Source: Idiomarina loihiensis L2TR (GTDB taxonomy: Bacteria; Pseudomonadota; Gammaproteobacteria; Enterobacterales; Alteromonadaceae). Taken from it: 32,000 nt of DNA. The position numbers and the translations under genes were made by a program. Under the pieces are notes generated by a model. That model did not search any database. It had not been told where the DNA came from and saw only the letters and a list, made by a program, of their open reading frames with translations. Location of the stretch: positions 330,001 through 362,000 of the forward strand of contig NC_006512.1 in assembly GCF_000008465.1 (NCBI RefSeq), given 5' to 3'. Shown here piece after piece: positions 10,036 to 21,091 of the stretch; position 1 is the stretch's first letter; every line of letters starts with the position of its first letter.

Positions 10036-11768
10036 TGGCCATTCAACAATTACCGATAGAGCTCGCGAACCAAATTGCTGCGGGCGAAGTGGTTGAGCGC
10101 CCTTCGTCGGTAGTTAAAGAACTGGTAGAAAATGCATTGGATGCCGGGGCTACGCAATTAATTCTGGATATTGAGCAGGGCGGTAGCAAACGCATTCGAA
10201 TTCGCGATAACGGCGGTGGTATTGTTAAGCAGGAGCTGACACTGGCACTGAGCCGTCACGCCACCAGTAAAATTCAGAGTCTGGACGACTTAGAGCATAT
10301 TGGTAGCCTGGGATTTCGGGGGGAAGCTCTGGCCAGTATCAGTTCTGTGTCGCGATTGCGCTTAATATCCAAGCCGCCGGAGCAGGAAGAAGCCTGGCAG
10401 GCGTGGGCCGAAGGTAGGGATATGCAAGTGACTGTTGAACCAGCTGCGCATCCGGACGGCACAACCGTCGATATACAGGATCTATTCTTTAATACGCCAG
10501 CCAGACGTAAGTTTTTACGCACAGAAAAAACTGAATTCAGCCACATAGATGAAGTTATAAAACGGATTGCGCTTAGCCGTTTTGAAGTTGGATTCCAGCT
10601 TAATCATAACGGCAAATCGGTAAGAGCGTTTCCTTCTGCTCAGACTGAAAAACAGCAGTTACAACGGTTGGCGAAAATTTGCGGCGGTGGATTTGCTGAG
10701 CAGGCTTCAGCAATTGACGCTGTTGATGGTGACTTCCACTTAAGTGGCTGGTTAGTCCCGCCGGAGCATTGTCGGCATCAGGGGGATATTCAGCATTTTT
10801 TTGTCAACGGCCGAATGATGCGCGATAAATTGTTATCGCATGCGGTACGTCAGGCCTACGAAAAATATTTGCCGAACGAGCGCGTTCCGACGTTTGTGCT
10901 TTATTTTGAACTTCCTGCTGAAGAAGTCGATGTGAATGTACATCCGGCAAAGCATGAAGTCCGTTTTCACCGCCAGCGACAAGTGCATGACTTTATTCTG
11001 ACTCGCATTGAACAGGCTTTAAATCAGCTGGTTGCCATAGAAAATGAACAACCTGCGATGAGTCATCAGCATTCTTACAGCTCGCAAGAACGGTCATCAG
11101 GGGCCACGTCGGACCCCTATCGGGGGGCGTCAGGTGCGAGCTTTCTAGGCGAGAGAAAAGCATCGGGTTCGTTGTTGCCGAATGCTGCCAGGGTTCCTCA
11201 TGGTAATGCGGGAGCGCAGCTAAGCACCGAGCCAGAGGCAAAGTTAAAGGCGGAACAAAACTGGCGTGTTCTGTCTGTGTTTAATGATGTTTATGCCCTT
11301 ATTCGCAATGAGTACAGCCTGGCTTGGCTTAATCTGGCTAAAGTTCATACTGAATGTGTCAGCAAAAAACTTACTCAGCAATTGCAGGACGGACTGAACG
11401 GGCAGCCTTTACTGGTTCCTGTGGCAGTCAGTTTGGCGAACCTGCCCGGGCCTGCGAGCCAGTGGCCGCAACAGCAATTAAACCAGTGCGGTGTGGTGTA
11501 TAAAATTCAGCGTGAGCAGGCAATTATTGAGCAAATGCCGGAAATGTTACGTCAGGGCAATGTGGTGAGTGGTTTTACTGACTTATTAACCTTACTGACC
11601 GAAGATGCTGAAACTGACCAACTGGCTCGTTGGTTGGCACAGTTTGCTGGTCTTGAGTCGTACAGTCTGACTCAGGCGGAGCACTGGCTTATTCAGTGGC
11701 GTTCGCAATTGGCTGAAAGCGCGGATGCGTTACAAAAGTTGCCGTTACCCGGAGAGAATAATGCATAG
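10035..11768 (+). CDS. mutL: DNA mismatch repair protein MutL
   Basis: N-terminal GHKL ATPase motifs ([53 protein letters not shown]), a low-complexity linker and a C-terminal dimerisation domain. The start overlaps the amiB stop (TGATG). Confidence 0.93.
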
Positions 11769-12711
11769 CAAGGACGCCGTTATTGCCATTTATGGGCCAA
11801 CAGCTTCAGGCAAAACAGCGTTGTCGCTGGCGCTTTGTGAGCAACTGGATTGTGAGATTATTTCTGTCGATTCCGCGTTGATTTATCGGGGAATGGATAT
11901 TGGTACCGCGAAACCCAGCGCCGAAGAGCAAAACTTAGTTCCTCATCACTTGCTGGATATTCGCGACCCTGCCGAAACTTATTCGGCGGCCGACTTCCAA
12001 AAAGACGCTTTGGCTTTAATTGATGATATTCAGCAACGTGGCAAGGTGCCTTTGTTGGTTGGCGGAACCATGTTGTACTTTAAGGCGTTGCTGGAAGGGC
12101 TTTCCCATTTGCCCGAGTCCGATACCAGCGTGCGTGAGAAACTGACCGCCGAACTGCATGAGAAAGGTTTAGCCGAACTGCACAGTCGGCTGCAAAAGGT
12201 TGATCCCACAAGTGCGAAACGCATTCACCCTAACGATCCTCAGCGAATTCTGCGAGCTTTGGAGGTTTATGAAATTGCGGGCAAACCTCTGACAGAACTT
12301 ACCAGGGAGCGTCATGGTCAGTTAACTAAACCCATTTATCAGTTTGCGGTGGCGCCAGTTGAACGGAAAGTTTTACATCAGCGTATAGAACAGCGTTTCG
12401 ACCATATGTTGGCGCAACCTTTTAAAGAAGAAGTTGCAACTTTGTTTGCCAGACCCGATTTGCATCCGGATCTTCCGTCTATACGCAGTGTTGGCTATCG
12501 GCAAATGTGGCAGCACCTGGCCGGAGAGCTAAGCTATGATGAAATGCGCGAACGCGGAATTATTGCTACCCGACAGTTGGCGAAAAGACAAATGACCTGG
12601 CTGCGGGGCTGGCCGGGAGTGCACTGGCTGGAAACCGGCGACCTCAATATGCAGGCGAAAGTCATGACAGCAATGCAGCAGCCCGCAAAGATTTTTAATA
12701 GTAAGGATTGA
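11761..12711 (+). CDS. miaA: tRNA dimethylallyltransferase MiaA
   Basis: The ATG at 11761 gives 316 aa, as in E. coli. P-loop [26 protein letters not shown] and [19 protein letters not shown] lies 4 nt upstream. The gene overlaps the mutL stop by 8 nt. Confidence 0.92.
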
Positions 12712-12888
12712 AATTAGACGACCAAGGCCGCAGATCCAATTCTGGACTAAATGAGTAATTCTTAACGTTTTTCTTATTGCAAAAATTCTTTACTGGTCTA
12801 GTGTGTCTTTACAGGGAACTGCAAATTGGCAGTGCTGTAGCTTACTATTTACACATTGGATATTAATAACGATAAAAAGGAATCCAAG

Positions 12889-13146
12889 ATGGCTAAGGGG
12901 CAAACTTTACAAGACCCATTCTTAAATGCGTTACGTCGTGAGCGCATACCAGTATCTATTTACTTAGTTAATGGCATTAAACTGCAGGGACAAATTGAGT
13001 CTTTTGATCAATTCGTTGTCTTATTAAAGAATACGGTTAGCCAAATGGTGTATAAGCATGCAATTTCAACAGTTGTACCTGCGCGTATTCCTCAAAATTA
13101 TTTGCCGCAACAAGCTGGCGAAGATATGGCTGAAATAGAAGATTAA
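12889..13146 (+). CDS. hfq: RNA chaperone Hfq
   Basis: [64 protein letters not shown] is almost identical to the enterobacterial Sm core. 85 aa with a short acidic tail. AAGGAA lies upstream of the ATG. Confidence 0.96.
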   Translation: MAKGQTLQDPFLNALRRERIPVSIYLVNGIKLQGQIESFDQFVVLLKNTVSQMVYKHAISTVVPARIPQNYLPQQAGEDMAEIED

Positions 13147-13170
13147 TGGTGAAAGAGAGGTCTGAACAAC

Positions 13171-14457
13171 TTGTTCGATAGGTATGAAGGTGGCGACTAC
13201 GCAATATTGGTTCATGTGGATTTACCCGCGGAAGTTGACCGAGAAGATCTCTCCGAATTACAACTTTTAGCTGATTCTTCGGGCGTGAAAACTATGGGAG
13301 TGATGACTACAAGTCGTAACTCCCCAACCCCCAGATACTTTGTTGGTAGTGGTAAGGCAGAAGAAATTGCCGAGCAGGTAAAGCTGCTGGACGCTAACAT
13401 TGTTATCTTTAATCACGCGTTATCACCAACGCAAGAGCGAAATCTGGAAGCCATTTGCAAATGTCGGGTGTTAGATCGTACGGGTCTTATTCTAGATATT
13501 TTTGCGCAGCGGGCACGAACCCACGAAGGTAAGTTGCAGGTTGAATTAGCGCAACTGCGTCATATATCGACACGACTGGTGCGAGGCTGGACTCACCTTG
13601 AGAGACAAAAAGGTGGTATTGGTTTACGTGGGCCAGGTGAAACCCAGCTTGAGACCGACAGGCGCTTAATTCGCGGACGTATTAAAAATATTTTAAAGCG
13701 CCTGGAGAAAGTCCAGAAACAGCGGGAGCAGGGGCGTCGGGCTCGTAAAAAAGCGGATATTCCTACGGTATCGCTGGTGGGTTATACCAACGCAGGTAAG
13801 TCGACGCTATTTAATCGCCTGACTGAAGCCGGCGTTTATGCCGCGGATCAGCTATTCGCAACACTTGACCCAACCCTTAGAAAACTTGCAGTAGAAGATA
13901 TTGGTGAAGTGATTCTGGCTGACACCGTTGGTTTTATTCGTCACTTACCTCATGACCTAGTCGCAGCTTTTAAAGCGACGCTACAGGAAACTCAAGAGGC
14001 CGATTTATTGTTACATGTGGTTGATGTCAGCGACGAACAGCAGCAAAATAATATTGATCAGGTTGCTGAGGTGTTGGAAGAAATCGATGCTGGCGATGTA
14101 CCACAGTTAATTATTTGTAATAAAATAGATCAAGTGGAGGGGGCAGAACCCCGAATTGACTACGATGATAACCAAAAGCCAATAAGGGTCTGGGTTTCGG
14201 CGCAGCAAGGCCTTGGCATTGAAGAAGTGCTGGAGGCTCTACGGCAGATACTTGGCCCGCAAATGGTCGAGTTGACTCTGAAAATCCCCCACTCAATGGG
14301 TAAATTACGTGGTACATTATACCGTTGGAATAGCGTGACATCGGAAGATGTTAACGAAAACGGCGAACTTGCGTTGCAAGTGCGTATGTCATCGGTAGAC
14401 TGGCAGCGTTTACATAAGGCTTATGGCAATCAACTGGACGACTTAGTCGTGCAGTAA
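13171..14457 (+). CDS. hflX: Ribosome-associated GTPase HflX
   Basis: 428 aa with a TTG start (MFDRYEGGD... versus E. coli MFDRYDAGE...). LDIFAQRARTHEGKLQVELAQL, G1 GYTNAGKST, DTVGF and NKID. Confidence 0.93.
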   Translation: MFDRYEGGDYAILVHVDLPAEVDREDLSELQLLADSSGVKTMGVMTTSRNSPTPRYFVGSGKAEEIAEQVKLLDANIVIFNHALSPTQERNLEAICKCRVLDRTGLILDIFAQRARTHEGKLQVELAQLRHISTRLVRGWTHLERQKGGIGLRGPGETQLETDRRLIRGRIKNILKRLEKVQKQREQGRRARKKADIPTVSLVGYTNAGKSTLFNRLTEAGVYAADQLFATLDPTLRKLAVEDIGEVILADTVGFIRHLPHDLVAAFKATLQETQEADLLLHVVDVSDEQQQNNIDQVAEVLEEIDAGDVPQLIICNKIDQVEGAEPRIDYDDNQKPIRVWVSAQQGLGIEEVLEALRQILGPQMVELTLKIPHSMGKLRGTLYRWNSVTSEDVNENGELALQVRMSSVDWQRLHKAYGNQLDDLVVQ

Positions 14458-14503
14458 TAGAATTTTTATAGCAACAGTTTTCTTAAAAAACTTGGAGCAC
14501 TCA

Positions 14504-15658
14504 ATGGCTTGGAATCAACCGGGAAACGGTAATAACAATGACCGTGACCCATGGAAAAATCAAGGCGGCAAAGATCAAGGGCCGCCTGATCTCGACGAAG
14601 CAGTTCGCAAACTGTTTTCCAAATTCGGTTTTGGTGGGAAAAAAGGCGGCGGCTCGGGCGGCAGTTCAGGTATCCCGGCAAAAGGCGTCGGCATTATCGC
14701 AATTATTGCGGTAATTGTTTGGTTTATCGCTGGTTTTTATACGGTTAAAGAAGCAGACCGTGGTGTTGTGCTGCGTTTCGGTCAGTTTCATACCCTGGTT
14801 GAGTCGGGACTTCACTGGCGCCCCGTGTTTATTGATTCGGTAGAACATGTAGACGTAAACAACATCCGCTCAGATAAAACTGATGGCTACATGCTGACTC
14901 AGGATGAGAACGTGGTTCGTGTGGAGCTGGATGTTCAGTATCGCGTTGTTGATCCGCGTGCGTATTTATTTAACGTAGAAAATGCTGATGGTGTTTTATC
15001 ACGAGCTACTGACAGTGCCTTACGTTTTGTGGTGGGTCACACAACCATGGATGAAGTGCTGACTCGTGGTCGTGAGGAAGTCAGAGCGAATACTCTGGAT
15101 ATGCTCGAAAAAACAATGAATCCATACACGGTTGGTTTGCAGGTAGTTGATATTAACTTGCTGCCAGCACGGCCACCGGAGGCGGTTAAAGACGCCTTTG
15201 ATGATGCTATATCGGCTCAGGAAGATGAAGAGCGCTTCATTAGAGAAGCTGAAGCTTATGCCCGCGAAGTAGAACCCTTGGCACGAGGCCAGGTACGTCG
15301 TATGTTGCAGGAAGCGCAAGCTTATCGTGAGCAAATTATTCTTGAGGCTCAGGGTGAAGTTGCTCGCTTTGAAGAGTTGCTGCCTCAATATCAAAACGCA
15401 CCTGAAGTCACACGTCAGCGTATTTATCTTGATACTTTGCAGGAGCTTTATGCGAAAACGCCTAAGGTACTGGTTGACGTTGAAGGTGGTAACAACATGA
15501 TGTACTTACCACTAGAAAAACTTCTCGAAAAGCAAGGTCGTAATACAAATTCATTCTCTCCGACGCGTATTCCTGAAGATGTTTCAGGTGGTTCCTCAAG
15601 TACTGGAACAGAGACACAAAATACGCGCAGCAGTAACCGCAGCGGAGGTCGAAACTAA
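14504..15658 (+). CDS. hflK: FtsH protease modulator HflK
   Basis: The ATG at 14504 (MAWNQPGNG...) is identical to the E. coli HflK N-terminus, with GGAG upstream. One TM segment, an SPFH/band-7 domain, and EAQGEVARFEELLPQY. Confidence 0.93.
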   Translation: MAWNQPGNGNNNDRDPWKNQGGKDQGPPDLDEAVRKLFSKFGFGGKKGGGSGGSSGIPAKGVGIIAIIAVIVWFIAGFYTVKEADRGVVLRFGQFHTLVESGLHWRPVFIDSVEHVDVNNIRSDKTDGYMLTQDENVVRVELDVQYRVVDPRAYLFNVENADGVLSRATDSALRFVVGHTTMDEVLTRGREEVRANTLDMLEKTMNPYTVGLQVVDINLLPARPPEAVKDAFDDAISAQEDEERFIREAEAYAREVEPLARGQVRRMLQEAQAYREQIILEAQGEVARFEELLPQYQNAPEVTRQRIYLDTLQELYAKTPKVLVDVEGGNNMMYLPLEKLLEKQGRNTNSFSPTRIPEDVSGGSSSTGTETQNTRSSNRSGGRN

Positions 15659-16551
15659 TGAAAAACCTAATCGCAATAATTGTTGTGGTCCTGGTCGTTC
15701 TGGGGCTTTCCTCCGTTTATGTAGTTAAGGAAGGCGAACGCGCCATCTTAATTCAGTTCGGTAAGGTCGAGCGTAATGCAGAAACTGGTGAAGCTATGGT
15801 TTTCGAACCTGGTTTACACTTTAAAATCCCTTTCATTGAACAAGTGAAAAGACTGGATGCCCGCCTGCAAACATTAGACGGAGATCCTGACCGCTTTGTC
15901 ACCAGTGAGAAAAAGGATTTGATTGTTGATACCTACGTTATGTGGCGTATTAATGACTTCTCTACTTTCTATCTGAGTACTAATGGCGGTAACTACCTCC
16001 AGGCTGAAGCTCTGTTAACTCGTCGTATTAACAGCGGTTTGCGTAGTGAATTTGGTAACCGTACCATTTCTGACATTGTTTCCGGTGAGCGTGATGAGTT
16101 AATGCGTGAAGCGTTAATACAAGGTTCAGAAAGTGCTTCCGACTTAGGTGTTGAAGTGCTGGATGTCCGCGTTATGCAAATTAATTTACCGGATGAAGTC
16201 AGTCAATCTATTTACCAGCGTATGCGCGCTGAACGTCAGGCTGTTGCGACAGAACACCGTTCTGAAGGTCGCGAACAAGCTGAGTTTATCCGTGCCGATG
16301 TTGACGCGCGTGTAACGGTAATGCTTGCCGACGCCAAACGTCAATCACGCGAGTTACGTGGTGAGGGTGATGCACAGGCGGCGAAAATCTACGCTGATGC
16401 TTATCAGAAAGACGCCGAGTTCTTTGCCTTTATCCGTAGTATGGAAGCTTATGGTGAATCATTCGGTTCCGGCAATGACATGTTAGTGCTTGATGCAAAC
16501 AGTGACTTTTTCCGTTATTTACAAAATATGATGGGAAAAACTGAAGAGTAA
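15658..16551 (+). CDS. hflC: FtsH protease modulator HflC
   Basis: 297 aa with an N-terminal TM segment and an SPFH domain. The start overlaps the hflK stop (TAATG). In the canonical position after hflK. Confidence 0.93.
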   Translation: MKNLIAIIVVVLVVLGLSSVYVVKEGERAILIQFGKVERNAETGEAMVFEPGLHFKIPFIEQVKRLDARLQTLDGDPDRFVTSEKKDLIVDTYVMWRINDFSTFYLSTNGGNYLQAEALLTRRINSGLRSEFGNRTISDIVSGERDELMREALIQGSESASDLGVEVLDVRVMQINLPDEVSQSIYQRMRAERQAVATEHRSEGREQAEFIRADVDARVTVMLADAKRQSRELRGEGDAQAAKIYADAYQKDAEFFAFIRSMEAYGESFGSGNDMLVLDANSDFFRYLQNMMGKTEE

Positions 16552-16559
16552 TCATGAAT

Positions 16560-17952
<1,393 letters not shown>

Positions 17953-17980
17953 GAAAAAGTAGTGTATGTTACTAAAAGAC

Positions 17981-18015
17981 GGTCAGTTTTCATCCGATGT
18001 AGATAAAAACTGACC
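17981..18015 (+). terminator. Hairpin downstream of purA (possible terminator or 3'-end structure)
   Basis: GGTCAGTTTT ... AAAACTGACC: a 10-bp stem with a 15-nt loop. No downstream U-tract, so it is not a canonical intrinsic terminator. Confidence 0.3.
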
Positions 18016-18053
18016 AGTCAGAACAAAAAACTTAAAAAAATTACGCGCACCTA

Positions 18054-18082
18054 TTGCACTATCAAATCTAGTACCATAGAAT
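18054..18082 (+). promoter_or_regulatory. Stringent-type sigma70 promoter of the tRNA-tufB operon
   Basis: TTGCAC (18054-18059), a 17-nt spacer, then TAGAAT (18077-18082), then a GCGC discriminator (18083-18086). An A/T-rich UP-like tract lies upstream (18024-18041, AAAAAACTTAAAAAAATT). It sits about 20 nt upstream of the first tRNA. Confidence 0.6.
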
Positions 18083-18103
18083 GCGCTCCACCTAACCGGT
18101 GGT

Positions 18104-18179
<76 letters not shown>

Positions 18180-18198
18180 ATTTAAATTGCAAGACACG

Positions 18199-18283
18199 GG
18201 AGGGGTTCCCGAGTGGCCAAAGGGATCAGACTGTAAATCTGACGGCTCAGCCTTCGCAGGTTCGAATCCTGCCCCCTCCACCA
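18199..18283 (+). tRNA. tyrU: tRNA-Tyr (anticodon GUA), long variable arm
   Basis: Acceptor GGAGGGG/CCCCTCC, anticodon loop CTGTAAA, long variable arm, T-loop GGTTCGAATCC, encoded CCA. Very similar to E. coli tRNA-Tyr. Confidence 0.95.
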
Positions 18284-18328
18284 CGCAATTTCCTTGGTTT
18301 TGAAGTGGCCTCATAAAATTGTGAATTT

Positions 18329-18403
<75 letters not shown>

Positions 18404-18415
18404 CATTCCGTCAGT

Positions 18416-18491
18416 GCTGATATAGCTCAGTTGGTAGAGCGCACCCTTGGTAAGGGTGAGGTCGGCGGTTCGAATCCGCCTATCAGCACCA
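18416..18491 (+). tRNA. thrT: tRNA-Thr (anticodon GGU)
   Basis: Acceptor GCTGATA/TATCAGC, anticodon stem CACCC/GGGTG with loop TTGGTAA, encoded CCA. Confidence 0.95.
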
Positions 18492-18573
18492 TTTCAATTT
18501 AGGCCCCTAATAAACCTCGGTAATGCTTTTTAGCTTAGGTAACACACCGAAGAATTTTGTTAGAGAGGCTGCA

Positions 18574-19758
18574 ATGTCTAAAGAAAAATTTGAACGTTCG
18601 AAGCCGCACGTAAACGTCGGCACCATCGGTCACGTTGACCACGGTAAAACAACACTAACTGCTGCTATCACAACTGTTTTGGCAAAAGTTTATGGTGGTG
18701 CGGCGAAAGACTTCGCAGCCATCGATAACGCGCCAGAAGAGAAAGAGCGTGGTATTACCATTTCAACGTCACACGTTGAATATGACACACCAACTCGTCA
18801 CTACGCACACGTAGACTGCCCAGGGCACGCTGACTATGTTAAAAACATGATCACCGGTGCGGCGCAGATGGACGGCGCAATCTTAGTCGTAGCAGCAACA
18901 GACGGCCCAATGCCACAGACTCGTGAGCACATCCTGCTTTCACGTCAGGTAGGCGTACCATTCATCGTTGTATTCATGAACAAATGTGACATGGTCGACG
19001 ACGAAGAGCTGTTAGAGCTGGTAGAAATGGAAGTTCGTGAACTGTTGTCAGAATATGACTTCCCGGGCGACGACCTGCCAGTAATTCAAGGCTCTGCACT
19101 GAAAGCGCTGGAAGGCGACGAAGAGTGGAGTAAGAAAATTGTTGAGCTGGCTGACGCACTGGATAACTACATCCCAGAGCCAGAGCGTGACATCGATAAG
19201 CCGTTCATCATGCCAATCGAAGACGTATTCTCGATTTCAGGTCGTGGTACGGTAGTAACAGGTCGTGTAGAGCGCGGTATCGTGCGTACAGGCGACGAGT
19301 GTGAAATCGTTGGTATGAAAGACACCACGAAGACCACAGTTACTGGTGTTGAGATGTTCCGTAAGCTGCTTGACGAAGGTCGTGCAGGTGAGAACATTGG
19401 TGCCTTGTTGCGTGGTACTAAGCGTGACGACGTAGAGCGTGGTCAGGTACTGGCGAAGCCAGGTACAATTACTCCGCATACTAAGTTCGAAGCGGAAGTT
19501 TACGTACTGAGCAAAGACGAAGGTGGCCGTCATACGCCATTCTTTAAAGGTTACCGTCCACAGTTCTACTTCCGTACAACGGACGTTACTGGTGCCGTAG
19601 AATTGCCAGAAGGCGTAGAAATGGTCATGCCTGGTGATAACCTGAAATTCGTTGTTGATTTGATTGCTCCAATCGCAATGGACGAAGGTCTGCGTTTTGC
19701 TATCCGTGAGGGTGGCCGTACCGTAGGTGCAGGCGTTGTATCAAAAATCATGGACTAA
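18574..19758 (+). CDS. tufB: Elongation factor Tu (tufB-type context)
   Basis: The ATG at 18574 gives the canonical 394 aa ([28 protein letters not shown]...). The context is the classical thrU-tyrU-glyT-thrT-tufB operon. The ORF-track start at 18523 is an over-extension. Confidence 0.98.
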   Translation: MSKEKFERSKPHVNVGTIGHVDHGKTTLTAAITTVLAKVYGGAAKDFAAIDNAPEEKERGITISTSHVEYDTPTRHYAHVDCPGHADYVKNMITGAAQMDGAILVVAATDGPMPQTREHILLSRQVGVPFIVVFMNKCDMVDDEELLELVEMEVRELLSEYDFPGDDLPVIQGSALKALEGDEEWSKKIVELADALDNYIPEPERDIDKPFIMPIEDVFSISGRGTVVTGRVERGIVRTGDECEIVGMKDTTKTTVTGVEMFRKLLDEGRAGENIGALLRGTKRDDVERGQVLAKPGTITPHTKFEAEVYVLSKDEGGRHTPFFKGYRPQFYFRTTDVTGAVELPEGVEMVMPGDNLKFVVDLIAPIAMDEGLRFAIREGGRTVGAGVVSKIMD

Positions 19759-19778
19759 GCAGTCCGGTTGATTTTAAG

Positions 19779-19804
19779 AGCCCGGCTTTGGCCGGGCTTT
19801 TTTA
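19779..19804 (+). terminator. Rho-independent terminator of tufB
   Basis: AGCCCGGC-TTTG-GCCGGGCT (8-bp GC-rich stem) followed directly by TTTTT, 20 nt after the tufB stop. Confidence 0.85.
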
Positions 19805-19837
19805 TGCCTGCTAGGGCGGAGAAGGGCGCGGCTGGGC

Positions 19838-19865
19838 TTGCGTCAAAAACCATAATAGGTATAAT
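19838..19865 (+). promoter_or_regulatory. Stringent-type sigma70 promoter for tRNA-Trp (probably reading on into secE-nusG)
   Basis: TTGCGT (19838-19843), a 16-nt spacer, a consensus TATAAT (19860-19865), then the GC-rich discriminator ACCGCGTCC. About 40 nt upstream of tRNA-Trp. Confidence 0.6.
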
Positions 19866-19906
19866 ACCGCGTCCAATCCTGCACCAATTGTAGGGTAGGC
19901 AAATTT

Positions 19907-19983
19907 AGGGGCGTAGTTCCAATTGGTAGAACAGCGGTCTCCAAAACCGATGGTTGGGGGTTCGAATCCCTCCGCCCCTGCCA
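19907..19983 (+). tRNA. tRNA-Trp (anticodon CCA)
   Basis: Acceptor AGGGGCG/CGCCCCT, anticodon loop CTCCAAA, T-loop GGTTCGAATCC, discriminator G plus encoded CCA. Close to E. coli tRNA-Trp. Confidence 0.95.
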
Positions 19984-20030
19984 GATTTTATTGATTCAAA
20001 GCGAAGACCGGTCGCAACTAGGATTAAAGA

Positions 20031-20411
20031 ATGAGCGCAAATAACGAGACGCAAAGCAGTTCGTTGAACAGTTTGAAATGGATAATCACAATCGCCCTTT
20101 TAGTTGTTGCTATTGGCGGTAATCATTATTACACAGAAGAAGTGTCGGTTTTATACCGTGCTATTGCTGTGGTTGTTTTAGTTGCCTTAGCAGGTTTCTT
20201 TGCCAGCACGACAACGAAGGGAAAAACCTTTTTGTCGTTTGCGAAAGAAAGTCGTACCGAAGTTCGAAAGGTTGTCTGGCCATCGCGTCAGGAAGCGACT
20301 CAAACAACGCTTATCGTTGTTGTTGCGACCGTTGTAGTAGCACTTATTCTCTGGGGCCTTGACGGCATCCTGGTACGTGTCGTTGGCTTCTTAACCGGAT
20401 TGGAGATTTAA
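20031..20411 (+). CDS. secE: Preprotein translocase subunit SecE
   Basis: 126 aa with three hydrophobic segments and the conserved [22 protein letters not shown] before the last TM. In the canonical position before nusG. Confidence 0.93.
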   Translation: MSANNETQSSSLNSLKWIITIALLVVAIGGNHYYTEEVSVLYRAIAVVVLVALAGFFASTTTKGKTFLSFAKESRTEVRKVVWPSRQEATQTTLIVVVATVVVALILWGLDGILVRVVGFLTGLEI

Positions 20412-20413
20412 CC

Positions 20414-20953
20414 ATGAGCGATAAGAAACGTTGGTACGTAGTACAAGCTTTTTCCGGTTACGAGGCACGGGTTTCTGAATCTCTGAAAGAACATATCAAA
20501 ATGCACGGTATGGAAGATAAATTCGGTGAGATTCTGGTACCTAAAGAAGAAGTTGTGGAAATGCGCGGCGGCGTTCGTCGCAAAAGTGAACGCAAATTCT
20601 TTCCGGGCTATGTTTTAGTCGAAATGGATATGGACGAAGATGCCTGGCACTTGATTAAGAGCGTGCCTCGAGTACTTGGCTTTATCGGTGGTAGTAGCGA
20701 TCGTCCTACCCCTATTTCAAAGAAAGAAGCCGATGCTATCCTCGACCGCTTACAAGATTCTGCAGACAAGCCTAAGCCTAAGACCTTATTTGAGCCGGGC
20801 GAAGTTGTACGTGTTAACGACGGTCCTTTCGCTGACTTCAACGGTACGGTTGAGGAAGTTGATTACGAGAAGAGCCGTGTTACGGTATCGGTTTCGATCT
20901 TCGGCCGAGCGACACCAGTTGAGCTTGAATTTGGTCAGATAGAAAAAGCCTGA
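20414..20953 (+). CDS. nusG: Transcription termination/antitermination factor NusG
   Basis: 179 aa. [13 protein letters not shown] (NGN domain), FPGYVLVEM, and a C-terminal KOW domain ([28 protein letters not shown]). Confidence 0.96.
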   Translation: MSDKKRWYVVQAFSGYEARVSESLKEHIKMHGMEDKFGEILVPKEEVVEMRGGVRRKSERKFFPGYVLVEMDMDEDAWHLIKSVPRVLGFIGGSSDRPTPISKKEADAILDRLQDSADKPKPKTLFEPGEVVRVNDGPFADFNGTVEEVDYEKSRVTVSVSIFGRATPVELEFGQIEKA

Positions 20954-20976
20954 TCAAAAAAGCAGCAAGACAAAGA

Positions 20977-21005
20977 TTGATCTATGGCGCGAAGTCACTT
21001 ATAAT
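20977..21005 (+). promoter_or_regulatory. Candidate sigma70 promoter of rplKA (PL11-like)
   Basis: TTGATC (20977-20982), a 17-nt spacer, and a consensus TATAAT (21000-21005), about 90 nt upstream of rplK. Confidence 0.55.
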
Positions 21006-21019
21006 TCGCGTCCTTTTTT
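20986..21019 (+). terminator. Candidate intrinsic terminator for secE-nusG read-through
   Basis: GGCGCGAA (20986-20993), an 11-nt loop, TTCGCGTC (21005-21012): 8 bp with one G-U pair. Then C and T6 (21014-21019). It overlaps the predicted rplK promoter. Confidence 0.45.
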
Positions 21020-21020
21020 A

Positions 21021-21091
21021 ACGGGAAGCCGTTGGAGTAACTTTCCTCTGAAAAGTTACGAGGCGTTAAACCCACAACAGAGGTAATTACC
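21021..21091 (+). promoter_or_regulatory. rplKA 5' leader with hairpin (candidate L1 autoregulatory site)
   Basis: GTAACTTT-CCTCTGA-AAAGTTAC, an 8-bp hairpin (21037-21059), flanked by GGGAAGCC...GGCGTTAAACCC. L1 is known to repress the L11 operon by binding the leader in E. coli. Assignment here is by position only. Confidence 0.4.
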
